Source: a bacterium | GTDB lineage: Archaea; Thermoproteota; Bathyarchaeia; 40CM-2-53-6 | Assembly (NCBI GenBank): GCA_021323995.1 | Contig: JAJPJY010000066.1 | Location: 10,458-74,457 of the forward strand | Reading direction: 5' to 3' | Length of the DNA: 64,000 nucleotides | Part shown: piece by piece, positions 22,367 to 31,412 of the stretch | Position numbering within the stretch: the first letter of the stretch is position 1 | Layout of the letters: each line of letters begins with the position of its first letter | Position numbers and translations under genes: made by a program | The notes under the pieces: model-generated | What the model saw: only the letters and a program-made list of their open reading frames with translations | The model's database searches: none | What the model was told of the DNA's origin: nothing

Positions 22367-22537
22367 ATGGGAAAAGTAATGGTCTCTTTGACTGATGAAG
22401 CCGAGGATCTTGTGAGGACTGAGGTAGACAAACTCTACTACGGAAGGACTGGGGGATTCAGCATTTTCTTCGAGAAGCTGATCCGCCAATACTTCAATGG
22501 AAACATGAAAGACCCTGCCGGAAAAAAGCTAAGATAG
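22367..22537 (+). CDS. Small hypothetical protein (56 aa, below the ORF-track cutoff)
   Basis: ATG-initiated ORF MGKVMVSLTDEAEDLVRTEVDKLYYGRTGGFSIFFEKLIRQYF... about 135 nt upstream of tRNA-Pro. Confidence 0.25.
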   Translation: MGKVMVSLTDEAEDLVRTEVDKLYYGRTGGFSIFFEKLIRQYFNGNMKDPAGKKLR

Positions 22538-22672
22538 CTTAGCTTGAATCCGAGCCATCCATGTCGTCTCAAACAAGATAGTTCGAGAACTAGTAGCCAG
22601 AGATGTCCCTCCGAGGTTTGCAAGGTTAATTGAATGGTTTATTTGTGCAACCAAATCCATCGCCGCTTTGTA

Positions 22673-22767
22673 GGGGCGGTGGTCCAGACCACCATAGTGG
22701 GGACAGCTTGGTCTAAGATACCTGGCTCGGGCCCAGGTGATCGTGGGTTCAAATCCCACCCGCCCCA
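22673..22767 (+). tRNA. tRNA-Pro (anticodon CGG) with a putative 19-nt non-canonical intron in the D-arm (between positions 13 and 14)
   Basis: Acceptor ggggcgg/ccgcccc with discriminator A. Anticodon arm cctgg-ctCGGgc-ccagg (U33, G37). 5-nt variable loop. T-arm gtggg-ttcaaat-cccac. Removing 22686..22704 gives a 76-nt cloverleaf with D-loop agcttggtcta. CCA not encoded. Confidence 0.6.
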
Positions 22768-23019
22768 CTATTACAATCCTGCCGTTTCCAAGGAACGGCA
22801 AAACACACATCGTTTCACATCCGATCTAGCCTTCGTTTCGGACTCTATGCGCCTCCTCAGAATCTTGAATTTTGCAAGAGACGTTATCTGATCATATTAC
22901 AGTCTCCTACCGCTGGTCGTAACACAATCTTCATCCTCGTTGTTTTCCTCTTTTCATTTTGTTAAGCCGCTTCAGGCTGGCTGGCGAACTATTCGCGAAA
23001 CGGATCCACGAGGGCACTG

Positions 23020-24588
23020 TTGGCACTGCTTGTACTAGCAGCAATGCTCATGGTTGAAGCTGTTCCAAGAGTGAGTGCTGTGGAGAGCTTCTCTCTCACT
23101 ACTAACCCGGGTCGTACCCTGGAGGGAGACCCTGTGGGAATTGGCCTAACGCTTAGTGTGACCAACGCTATGTATTCTGTTCCGACGCCCTACTCTTTCG
23201 TCTGGACTGTGACCGACCCTTCAGGAGCATCCACGACTTACACACAGAACATGGTGTCAACACAGCCTTCATGGTCCCTTATGGCATACTATCCGACCAA
23301 CTTTACAGGCGGTGCTTTGAATCATGCCGGAATCTACGAGATCAGCATAGCCGAGACACTGCCGTCATCAAAGCCCGCTACCTCGGGTCAGTTTCAGATC
23401 GGACTCACATCTAGCATTAGTTATCAAAGAACCTATCCTGTATCGATCATCGGCGCCGGCTATGCTGCCTTTGAGAATGTGACAGTTAACCTGACCGGTG
23501 GGTCCAGCATTACCTCGGGATTTCCAACGTCAAAACTGGCTGACGCCGGAGGGAAATTCTCCTTGACATGGTATTCTCCGCCGAATTCCAGCCCAGGCAA
23601 CTACACTGTCGCGTTGACAGGCAGTACCACAAAGAGTGCTGCAGACTCCCAATGGTTCATCCTCTATCCAACGAATGTCACGATCATAAACTCATGGACG
23701 AGTAAGATCATAGTTCAGAGAACACAGACGATCGAATTTCGGTTTAACGCCACTTATCTCAGTGGAATACCCGTGACGTCTGGAACATGCGTTCTGAACA
23801 TTATAGAGCCAGACGGTTTGACCTCACATTCTGTAACTGCCCTCTACGATTCTGTCCTAGCGACCTTCAGAGCGAACTACACAACGACGCTCGCAAGTAC
23901 TACGGGAGGTTGGACATGGAACATTGCTGCGGATAGTTTGAACGATGGTTCCGGGAATGGAGGTCCTCTCACACCGTCATCACACAATTTCAACATACAA
24001 TCTGCCTCGTTCAGCGTCAACATCTTGTCTTACGGCTCAGTTTATTCTTCTGGAATGACTGTTCCAATATCTGCAGACGTCGTGATGCCCAACGGTGCTA
24101 ACTTTACACAGGGAACAGTCACTGCAACAATTACCTCATCAGGTCGCCAAGTCACCGCACCCCTGAGTCTTGTGTACAATGCGTCTTCAGGAAGATGGTC
24201 GGGCGGCTACAAGGTCAACCCGAATGATCCATCAGGAACATGGCTCATCACAGTAAATGCCAACGATGCTTACGGAAATTCTGGCCAGAGCGGTGCCCCG
24301 CTCAACGTGAACATTACGGGAGCTCCCCCAGCCTCTCCGCCCGCCTGGTTCATGACTTGGAGCTTCCTACTGGTTGTACTTGTTGCTGCAGGGATAGGTG
24401 TCGGAATACTAATCTTGAGACGGAAAGAGGTGACTCATCGAGAGGTCAAGCTTGACGTTACTGCGATCAAACATCAAGCTGACCAAGTGAAGGGTGACGA
24501 TTTCCTGCAGTCAATCCAAGCACAGTTGAAGAAGCGAGCAGAGCGAATGGCCGCAGAACATGACGCGGCAGAGAAGGAGAAGCCATGA
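23020..24588 (+). CDS. Secreted sequon-rich surface protein with C-terminal TM anchor and charged cytoplasmic tail
   Basis: TTG start with signal-like N-terminus MALLVLAAMLMVEAVPRVSA. Many NxS/T sequons. C-terminal TM FLLVVLVAAGIGVGILIL plus coiled tail. Stop overlaps the parA-like start (ATGA). Confidence 0.55.
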   Translation: MALLVLAAMLMVEAVPRVSAVESFSLTTNPGRTLEGDPVGIGLTLSVTNAMYSVPTPYSFVWTVTDPSGASTTYTQNMVSTQPSWSLMAYYPTNFTGGALNHAGIYEISIAETLPSSKPATSGQFQIGLTSSISYQRTYPVSIIGAGYAAFENVTVNLTGGSSITSGFPTSKLADAGGKFSLTWYSPPNSSPGNYTVALTGSTTKSAADSQWFILYPTNVTIINSWTSKIIVQRTQTIEFRFNATYLSGIPVTSGTCVLNIIEPDGLTSHSVTALYDSVLATFRANYTTTLASTTGGWTWNIAADSLNDGSGNGGPLTPSSHNFNIQSASFSVNILSYGSVYSSGMTVPISADVVMPNGANFTQGTVTATITSSGRQVTAPLSLVYNASSGRWSGGYKVNPNDPSGTWLITVNANDAYGNSGQSGAPLNVNITGAPPASPPAWFMTWSFLLVVLVAAGIGVGILILRRKEVTHREVKLDVTAIKHQADQVKGDDFLQSIQAQLKKRAERMAAEHDAAEKEKP

Positions 24589-25349
24589 CTAGAAGCATAG
24601 CCGTACACTCCTACAAAGGAGGCACTGGAAAGAGCACCATAACCGCCAACGTAGCCGTCGCCTTAGCCCTGAAAGGCCGCAGAGTAGGAGTAATGGACAT
24701 GGATCTAGAAGGCCCCGGCCTACACGTTTTCTTCGACATCGACCCAAGCGATTTGAGGTTCACTCTCAATGACGTCCTAGCCGGTGTAGCTCCCCCCGAG
24801 GCTGCGTGCGTCCGCATGAGCGAAAAGATGAACCTCAACGGTGGAGAACTCTACTACAGTCCCGCAAGCGTCCGCTTGTCAGAGATAATGAGAACCCTAA
24901 AGACCGGCTACGAAGTGGACATGTTCGAGAATGCGATAAAGCGTCTCCAAGAAAAGTTCGGCCTACACTATCTGTTGATAGACACCCATCCTGGAATAAT
25001 GCATGACACGCTTCTCGCCCTTGGCGTCTGCGACCATCAGATCATCGTGTCTAGAGTTGATCAGCAGGACATATTCGGAACGGGGGTCCTGATCGAAGTG
25101 TCCAGCTCGTTCGAGAAGCCGGTCCATCTTGTTCTGAACATGATTCCTCCCGGAGTGAAAGAATCGGAAGTATCCAAATTTGCAAGGGTAATTGGCGCCC
25201 ACTTCACAACCGAGATGGCAGGATGGCTGCCGTGGTCGGAAGAGGTTATTGGCTCCCTAAGCAGGTCCGTTCTGACATTGAAGCAGCCGAAACATGCAAT
25301 CTCCTTAAGATTCCGCGCGCTAGCCGAGACCATTGAAGGCTTCGCATAG
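24585..25349 (+). CDS. ParA/MinD-family P-loop ATPase
   Basis: Deviant Walker A SYKGGTGKSTITANVA, and Walker B region LLIDTHPG. Confidence 0.8.
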   Translation: MTRSIAVHSYKGGTGKSTITANVAVALALKGRRVGVMDMDLEGPGLHVFFDIDPSDLRFTLNDVLAGVAPPEAACVRMSEKMNLNGGELYYSPASVRLSEIMRTLKTGYEVDMFENAIKRLQEKFGLHYLLIDTHPGIMHDTLLALGVCDHQIIVSRVDQQDIFGTGVLIEVSSSFEKPVHLVLNMIPPGVKESEVSKFARVIGAHFTTEMAGWLPWSEEVIGSLSRSVLTLKQPKHAISLRFRALAETIEGFA

Positions 25350-25351
25350 GG

Positions 25352-26038
25352 CTACTTGAAGATCCAACCAGTTTCCTTAGACCAGAACAACAGATCAAGA
25401 TCTGCCATAGGTATTCGTATCTCTGCGGAAAACCGTCGCAGTTTCTCCTCAATCTCTAGGTAGCGTTTCTTTGTCAAGGAAATCGGTATTTCTGGAATGA
25501 TTCCGAGACTTGCCAAGTTGCGCAGAATATGTCGGTCCAAGATTGCGAACCCTTCTCCAAGTCCTATGTTTCGGAGGAAATGGCTGGCTTCCTTGTAGCC
25601 TAGTCCCTTGACGTTCTCGACCAGCCATTCGCGCAGTTCGAAAGGGTTGTAGAAGCTCTCGATCTTCGCCTTCAGTAGAAGACCTCCATCCCTGGTAAAC
25701 ATGTCCCTAGCCTCTACAATGTACCGCGCCTTGCTCTCTCCAAACCTAACCTGGTTAAGATAGGGTCCGAGATCGGCTGGCGTGCCTTTCAAGAGAAGTT
25801 TTTCTTGTTTTAGCTTTGAGACTGCGGCCCAGCACACCTTGGCAGATGATTGAGGGGTTAGGAGACAGAATGCAAGTTCGCCGAAGACATCTTCATCGCT
25901 CCACTGCATTACTTGTTTGAATTCCGACAGCCGCTTCCCAATCGCGTCTTTCCTCTCTAGATACAACGATTGAAGCGTCTGGATCTGATCCTCAGAACTT
26001 CCGACCGTCATCTGTGCGCTAGAACTGTTTGAGAACAT
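25352..26038 (-). CDS. ogg: 8-oxoguanine DNA glycosylase / N-glycosylase-DNA lyase (archaeal Ogg-type HhH-GPD)
   Basis: HhH-GPD region GLGYKEASHFLRNIGLGEGFAILDRHI. Size of about 228 aa fits the archaeal Ogg2 family. Confidence 0.65.
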   Translation of the reverse strand: MFSNSSSAQMTVGSSEDQIQTLQSLYLERKDAIGKRLSEFKQVMQWSDEDVFGELAFCLLTPQSSAKVCWAAVSKLKQEKLLLKGTPADLGPYLNQVRFGESKARYIVEARDMFTRDGGLLLKAKIESFYNPFELREWLVENVKGLGYKEASHFLRNIGLGEGFAILDRHILRNLASLGIIPEIPISLTKKRYLEIEEKLRRFSAEIRIPMADLDLLFWSKETGWIFK

Positions 26039-26495
26039 CTGTCTTTTCCATTATTCTTGAGCAGTAGAAGCATCTTAGCCTCAGAGGATCTTGCCGTTCA
26101 ACCATGAAAGTTGGCTCTACTGGTTCTCCCGCGTTCGAGACACATGCAGGATTGGCGCATCTAACGATTCCTCTTATTGAGCTCGGGAGCTTGACACGTG
26201 TCTTTTCGGCCACCTCATAGTCTCGAATAATGTTGATTGTTGCTCCTGGTGCGATGAGGGCTATCTTGTCAACCTCTCCTGGCTTCAGCTCCCTATTTTC
26301 AACCTTGACAATGTCCTTCTTACTATCTGTCTTTGATGGAACGTTCATTGCCACACTGACAATATCCCCCTCTCCTCCGCCGATCCTGAGAATTTTCAGA
26401 ACGTCGAGGGCATGCCCGGCGGAGATATGGTCGATGACGGTGCCGTTCCGGATCTTTTTGACGTAAAGATCTTTGACACCGACCATCTTTGACAA
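26019..26495 (-). CDS. pyrI: Aspartate carbamoyltransferase regulatory subunit
   Basis: YVKKIRNGTVIDHISAGHAL N-domain and C-terminal zinc site CANPACV...CFYC. Confidence 0.85.
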   Translation of the reverse strand: MSKMVGVKDLYVKKIRNGTVIDHISAGHALDVLKILRIGGGEGDIVSVAMNVPSKTDSKKDIVKVENRELKPGEVDKIALIAPGATINIIRDYEVAEKTRVKLPSSIRGIVRCANPACVSNAGEPVEPTFMVERQDPLRLRCFYCSRIMEKTDVLKQF

Positions 26496-26852
26496 GAGCG
26501 TGAATGATCAACAGAGGTCTACACTCTTAATTCCTTCTCCACTCCAACAGCATCGTCCCGATCCAAATGTTGTTGTGACACGATAGGACGACGGTGGATC
26601 CATAAAATTTGAAGCGTGAGCGATAGGCCCATACCCCTTCCTTTCCTCTGGAAACCTTACATTCGTTGCGTCCGCAGAGTCCTAACGATTTTCGTATAGT
26701 AAATTATCGGTTGCTGTGTATAGGACAGGCTAAATGAGGAATAATCGCTAAGGACCATCAGGAGTATTTCATACAAAGAACAGATCCAACCCCACTCCAA
26801 CCATCACGAGACCGCATAGGAAACGCAGGGGTGGGCGGGATGGTTTTAGTGG

Positions 26853-26897
26853 GTCCAGTCGAAATGGTTGTACGAGAACCCTTAATTCCACTGGAAC
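26853..26897. promoter_or_regulatory. Inverted pair of ORB-like origin recognition boxes 40 bp upstream of orc1/cdc6
   Basis: Plus-strand gtccagtCgaaatgg (26853..26867). Minus-strand gttccagtggaattaagggttctc (revcomp of 26874..26897). Compare the canonical box at 48424. Confidence 0.45.
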
Positions 26898-26936
26898 TAT
26901 GATTCGAGAAATATTCTCTCTGAGGATTGTCTCGGC

Positions 26937-28181
26937 GTGTCACAGCAAGGTTTGGATCTTATCTTCGAACAAGTACTGTCTGGCGGTCAGATCTTCAGGG
27001 ACAGAAATCTTCTCAGACACGACTACATGCCGGCGAGCCTTCCTCACCGTGAGGAACAGATCAAAAGGCTTGGATCCGTCCTAGCACCGGCTCTTTCCAA
27101 AGAGCGGGTGTCCAACCTTTTCGCTTATGGAAAGACTGGAACTGGCAAGACGATTGTTGCCAAGTTTGTCCTGGACAGGTTGCAGAAGAAGGCGAGGGAC
27201 TATGGCAGGGCTGTTGATACGAGCTATGTGAACTGTCGGCTTGCTGGGACGAACTATCGAGTTATCGCTGATCTCTGTCGCGGCCTTGGCCAGGACGTGC
27301 CGTTTACTGGATTGGCGGTAGGAGAGTTGTTTGATCGGCTGCGGGAGGCTCTGCAGTCGCGCGGTTCCGCATTCCTTGTTGTCTTAGACGAGATTGACGC
27401 CTTGGTCAAGAGGAGTGAGGATGATAGTCTTCTCTACGAACTTACTCGGATTAACGAGAGACTGGATGGAGGGTGGATAGGCGTGATCGGGATTTCAAAT
27501 GATCTTCATTTCAAGGATTTCCTGGATCCTCGCGTCCTGAGTTCTTTGGGAGAGGAGGAGCTAGTCTTCAAACCGTACACATCTGATGAGTTGTACGACA
27601 TTTTGAAGGGTCGCGCGGAGCAGGCTTTCCAGCCAGATGTATTAAATGATGGCGCGCTACGCCTCTGTGCTGCCTTAGCGGCTGGAGAGCATGGCGATGC
27701 GAGGAGAGCCCTGGATCTTCTAAGAGTCGCGGGCGAGATAGGCGAACGGTCGAGAGAGAAGAATGTTCTAGAGTGTCACGTACGTATGGCGCAGCAGAAA
27801 GTGGAACACGACAGAGTGACGGAGGTCCTGTCCTCTCTGCCTCTTCATTCTAGAATTCTCCTTATCTCTGTGATGAATTTGGAGAGTTCTCGGAAGGAGA
27901 GTTCTGTAACGGGTGATGTGTACGAGGTCTATCGGGAGTTGTGCGGGGCTGCCGCGATCGAATCATTGACACAGAGGAGGATCAGCGGTCTCTTGAACGA
28001 GCTGGACATTATGGGTATCATCAACGCACGAGTCGTGAGTTTTGGGCGGTATGGTCGGACGAAAAAGATTCGTCTCGGGGTTGAGCCTCGCGTTGTGAGC
28101 TCGGCTTTTGGAACCGATGAGCTTGTGAAGGGGCTACTGGGGCATATGCCGCGTGGTCTTACAGGTCAGCACGTTCACTAG
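26937..28181 (+). CDS. cdc6: Orc1/Cdc6 replication initiator
   Basis: GTG start. DYMPASLPHREEQIKRLGSVL...FAYGKTGTGKT Walker A, AAA+ core and C-terminal winged helix. Confidence 0.9.
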   Translation: MSQQGLDLIFEQVLSGGQIFRDRNLLRHDYMPASLPHREEQIKRLGSVLAPALSKERVSNLFAYGKTGTGKTIVAKFVLDRLQKKARDYGRAVDTSYVNCRLAGTNYRVIADLCRGLGQDVPFTGLAVGELFDRLREALQSRGSAFLVVLDEIDALVKRSEDDSLLYELTRINERLDGGWIGVIGISNDLHFKDFLDPRVLSSLGEEELVFKPYTSDELYDILKGRAEQAFQPDVLNDGALRLCAALAAGEHGDARRALDLLRVAGEIGERSREKNVLECHVRMAQQKVEHDRVTEVLSSLPLHSRILLISVMNLESSRKESSVTGDVYEVYRELCGAAAIESLTQRRISGLLNELDIMGIINARVVSFGRYGRTKKIRLGVEPRVVSSAFGTDELVKGLLGHMPRGLTGQHVH

Positions 28182-28740
28182 TTGCATTGGAATCGAGGAC
28201 GGGCCTTTCCTTCCGAGAAGACTGGGCGGGACCAGAGCACCGTTAGTGGCAGTCAAGCTCGAGGGTCCCCATATGACCCGGGCTAGGGCCGGCTGGATCA
28301 TTGTGGATGGCATGGACGGGACCGAGCGGGCTTTGGAGTTGTTGTCCTCCCGATCTATGATGCGCTATCCAATTCTCCTGGGAGGAGTGACATTTGGCGG
28401 TTTCAACCTAATTGATCCTCGACGGCTTCAGAAGAGGTTCAAGACCCCGACAATAGTCGTGGTAGGGTTTAGGCCGAATAACAGGGCTGTGAAACATGCC
28501 CTCGTAAAGCACTTTCCGGACTGGAGGAAGAGATGGGGAGTGATACGCTCGCTCGGCCCGTTACGGACCGTCCGGACTATGGCGAGCGAGAATCCCATCT
28601 TCTATGAAGCGTTTGGCTGTTCGAGTAGTGTTGCCAGGAAGATCCTGACCAGTTGGGCGTTGGTGTCGAGGGTTCCTGAGCCGTTGAGGGTGGCAGGGCT
28701 GGTTGCTAGAGGATTGTTTCCGGCACAACCTCTCGGCTGA
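28153..28740 (+). CDS. DUF99 / UPF0215 family protein (endonuclease V-like fold)
   Basis: CIGIEDGPF...IIVDGMDGTE...GGVTFGGFNLID matches the DUF99 pattern. Start overlaps the cdc6 3' end, so exact start is uncertain. Confidence 0.55.
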   Translation: MVLQVSTFTSCIGIEDGPFLPRRLGGTRAPLVAVKLEGPHMTRARAGWIIVDGMDGTERALELLSSRSMMRYPILLGGVTFGGFNLIDPRRLQKRFKTPTIVVVGFRPNNRAVKHALVKHFPDWRKRWGVIRSLGPLRTVRTMASENPIFYEAFGCSSSVARKILTSWALVSRVPEPLRVAGLVARGLFPAQPLG

Positions 28741-29019
28741 ATGCGTTGGTTACATGAGATTTTAGTCGTTCGCGGGTGGTGGTGTGGACCGTCCGCGGAG
28801 GTCTTCCGTGGACGGTCGGGAGGGAGTTGGAAAGTGTTGGACAGAGAGACTGGAAAAGAGAACAAGCTGAACGATTACTTCCGGAGACGATGCGTCAACT
28901 ATGAGCGTTTTCTCTGTGACCGGGTCTGGGAGTGTGCTTTGTGTGCGAAGCAGGCTGGAAAGGTGCAGCTGGTTGAGATTTCTCTGCCGACTAAGGTTGA
29001 GGCTTTGAGGCGGAGGTGA
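28741..29019 (+). CDS. Hypothetical Cys/Trp-containing small protein
   Basis: ORF only. Confidence 0.2.
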   Translation: MRWLHEILVVRGWWCGPSAEVFRGRSGGSWKVLDRETGKENKLNDYFRRRCVNYERFLCDRVWECALCAKQAGKVQLVEISLPTKVEALRRR

Positions 29020-29023
29020 AAAA

Positions 29024-29251
29024 TTGGAGACTTTGAGAGAAGAGGAAGTTCTGGCGCTCGAGGAGGATCTGCTAGTGAGACTTGTGGAGCGGCTTACACC
29101 ATTAGTCCAACGGGCGGCGGCGGACGCAGCTAAGACTGCTATGCACCAGTTGAGACTCGACCTAATGACACATATCAGCAGGCACGAGGACACTATTCGG
29201 CGACTGAAAAGGTCCGAGCAGGCGCTGAACCACGTCCCAAGTACGCGCTAG
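29024..29251 (+). CDS. Hypothetical coiled-coil small protein
   Basis: ATG ORF with charged helical composition. Confidence 0.3.
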   Translation: METLREEEVLALEEDLLVRLVERLTPLVQRAAADAAKTAMHQLRLDLMTHISRHEDTIRRLKRSEQALNHVPSTR

Positions 29252-29374
29252 TGTCAGCGATCGGTCCTCCTCTGGAAGCAGTTGTTTGGTTAGAATATAG
29301 CGCGGCTGTCCCGTGAGAACTGAATAGGACCAAGGCTGGGCCTGAGGAAGGGTCAGATGCTCCTGACTATAGGA

Positions 29375-30493
29375 TCATCCGTGACAGTTATGGCAGAGCG
29401 GAGTCTTGTTGATGACTCCCTTAGTGGTTACGCATTCGGTGCAAAGATGTTTTCTGCAAGAGTTGCAGAGACGCATATGTTCTTCGCATACGACCGCTCC
29501 ACAGTCTTCGCAGACGGCTCTCGTTGGGCTCTCGCAGAGAGTACATTTCCGGGTCTCATCCCAGATCATCTTCCCCGTGGCGCCCTGCAGGATCTTCCGG
29601 TAGGCCCTGTTTCCAGCCTGAAGCTCAACCGTAACTATTGGAATGTGAAGAAGTCGAATGCTGGAAATAGTGACATCATCAGGATGAGCGTTCGACTCTT
29701 GCAGTAGGATATTCGCTACCTTGGCTCTGATCGATTCCTCGCCGGCAGAAGCGGGTGCTACGGTTACACTGTTCTTCATCTGCAGCTCCTGAGGAAGCTT
29801 AGGCATCGAACCGATCGAGGGCTCGATCTCTAAACAGTCGAGGAATAATCCAGAACCAGGTAGATTCTTTAATTGGCCTTCGAAAAGTCCAGCATCGCAC
29901 TCCCGACCGTCCACTCCATCGAAAACGATTATGCCGCGCGCGATTTTCTTCTTGCTCTGCGCAAGAGCGAAGTCGGCAAAGTAGTAGGGGCGGAACTCGA
30001 GCTTCGGCATAGAAGCAAGACGGAGTGCCTTTCCATTCTCAAGACCATGCGCAAGAATCTGAGAGGCAACCGCCCGGGAGACTGGTAGGGTCCCGGGGAC
30101 CCTGTCCCGTTCAGGAGGCTTGATCTTCTCGACGCGTTCCTTGAGTCTAGCGATGTCCCACAGCTCTACTCCATACTTTCTCGCCATGAACTCGGCGTCT
30201 CCCGTGAAACCTTTAGGTGAGACATAGATTCCACTTGGCAGCCCGCCATTCTTCAGTCTCATAGCGAAGCCTTCTACCTCGCGACCGTTCACTTGACGGT
30301 CGCCTTCCCAGCATTCAAAAGCGATTTTCTGGGTTTTTTTCCCCGATTTCTTTGAAGCGACTATGTCGACAACACGAGAATTCGACTGGTCCGCCTGAAC
30401 GTTTTTCTCTACATCGAATCCTTCGATGCGACAGACGTCGCAGACCATGTCGACTACAAAATTGTTAGAGTCTCGACTGGTCTGAGCGGCCAT
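29375..30493 (-). CDS. Restriction-endonuclease-like (Mrr-cat-type PD-(D/E)xK) protein with C-terminal cluster of four CxxC zinc ribbons
   Basis: N-terminus VVDIVASKK...IAFECWEG...GIYVSPKGFT resembles an Mrr catalytic core. C-terminus CTLCESP..CEDCGAVVCEEH..CNSCRKHLCTECV..CHNCHG. Confidence 0.5.
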   Translation of the reverse strand: MAAQTSRDSNNFVVDMVCDVCRIEGFDVEKNVQADQSNSRVVDIVASKKSGKKTQKIAFECWEGDRQVNGREVEGFAMRLKNGGLPSGIYVSPKGFTGDAEFMARKYGVELWDIARLKERVEKIKPPERDRVPGTLPVSRAVASQILAHGLENGKALRLASMPKLEFRPYYFADFALAQSKKKIARGIIVFDGVDGRECDAGLFEGQLKNLPGSGLFLDCLEIEPSIGSMPKLPQELQMKNSVTVAPASAGEESIRAKVANILLQESNAHPDDVTISSIRLLHIPIVTVELQAGNRAYRKILQGATGKMIWDETRKCTLCESPTRAVCEDCGAVVCEEHMRLCNSCRKHLCTECVTTKGVINKTPLCHNCHG

Positions 30494-30673
30494 AACCTAT
30501 CCGCGGCCCCAAAATCGAATTTCGAGAGATATCGAATAAGCCTACTGTAACCAGACGAGTTCCCCAGCGACTCGAGTGCTGCTGAACGAAACTCGCGGGA
30601 GAGGGAGGAAGCGACTCCTGGAAGCGTTGCCAAAGCACATAGGCATGGATACAAGACAGTATCCGTTAGGACC

Positions 30674-31156
30674 TTGACTCGATCCGACACTTGGCAAGAA
30701 GGAACCCGACAATCTGTGAAGGACATTCTCGGAGACCCGATCATATCGAAGCTTCTCAGTCGAAGCGGCCTGACTAAGGCTCAGTTCGAAACGCTATTAA
30801 TTGACCAGTTAGGAGATGATATGGCGAACAAAAGACTAACACGCGAAGAAATGGCACAGATCATGCGCAAACAAGGAGGAATCAGCCGCGGATCAATGAA
30901 CAGGACCCTTAGGCAGGCGAGGAAGAATACGTCGGAAGCCATTCACACCATACTACTATTAGGGTATGGAGGACTGTTCGACAGCCCTAGCCTGGCCCCC
31001 TTCGTCGAGGCTTCCGAACAGTTGAAGAGCCAGACCGAAAGATTACTAGCCCCCGGAGAGGAAGATGAGAATACGTACCGAGCGAACATTGAGACTCTTC
31101 TCCAAAATCTTGAGGACGCCTTCAACGCGCTCTACGGAAAAACACGTGACACGTGA
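30674..31156 (+). CDS. HTH DNA-binding protein
   Basis: LTREEMAQIMRKQGGISRGSMNRTLRQARKN helix-turn-helix. Start may be at an internal Met. Confidence 0.45.
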   Translation: MTRSDTWQEGTRQSVKDILGDPIISKLLSRSGLTKAQFETLLIDQLGDDMANKRLTREEMAQIMRKQGGISRGSMNRTLRQARKNTSEAIHTILLLGYGGLFDSPSLAPFVEASEQLKSQTERLLAPGEEDENTYRANIETLLQNLEDAFNALYGKTRDT

Positions 31157-31412
31157 TATGTGATGTCACGTCCCTCTCGTTCAACGTCACATTGTATCAC
31201 GTCACGATAAGGCCACTGATCCCTCTTCTGAATACTAATCTGTGCGTGATCCTTGAGATTATGTCACCCGCTTGACGTCAAGCCGCAACTAGTCTGTCAC
31301 GCGGTTATCACCCGTGACAGCCAAATCACAGGTCACGCAGCTCTGTGACAGTTAGTCTTAAATGCCGACAGGTTGCGTGTGACGTCACGCTCTAGGTGCG
31401 TGATGTCACACT
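31140..31412. promoter_or_regulatory. Dense array of GTCAC/GTGAC half-sites arranged as palindromes, including perfect GTGACGTCAC and TGACGTCA
   Basis: At least 10 half-sites in about 270 bp: cacgtgacacgtga, ctgtcac-N12-gtgacag, gtcac-N8-gtgac, gtgacgtcac (31379..31388). Confidence 0.5.

Noticed and set aside
22634-22891. ORF-track CDS overlapping the tRNA-Pro gene
   Set aside because: It reads straight through a well-folded tRNA and has low-complexity composition, so it is spurious.
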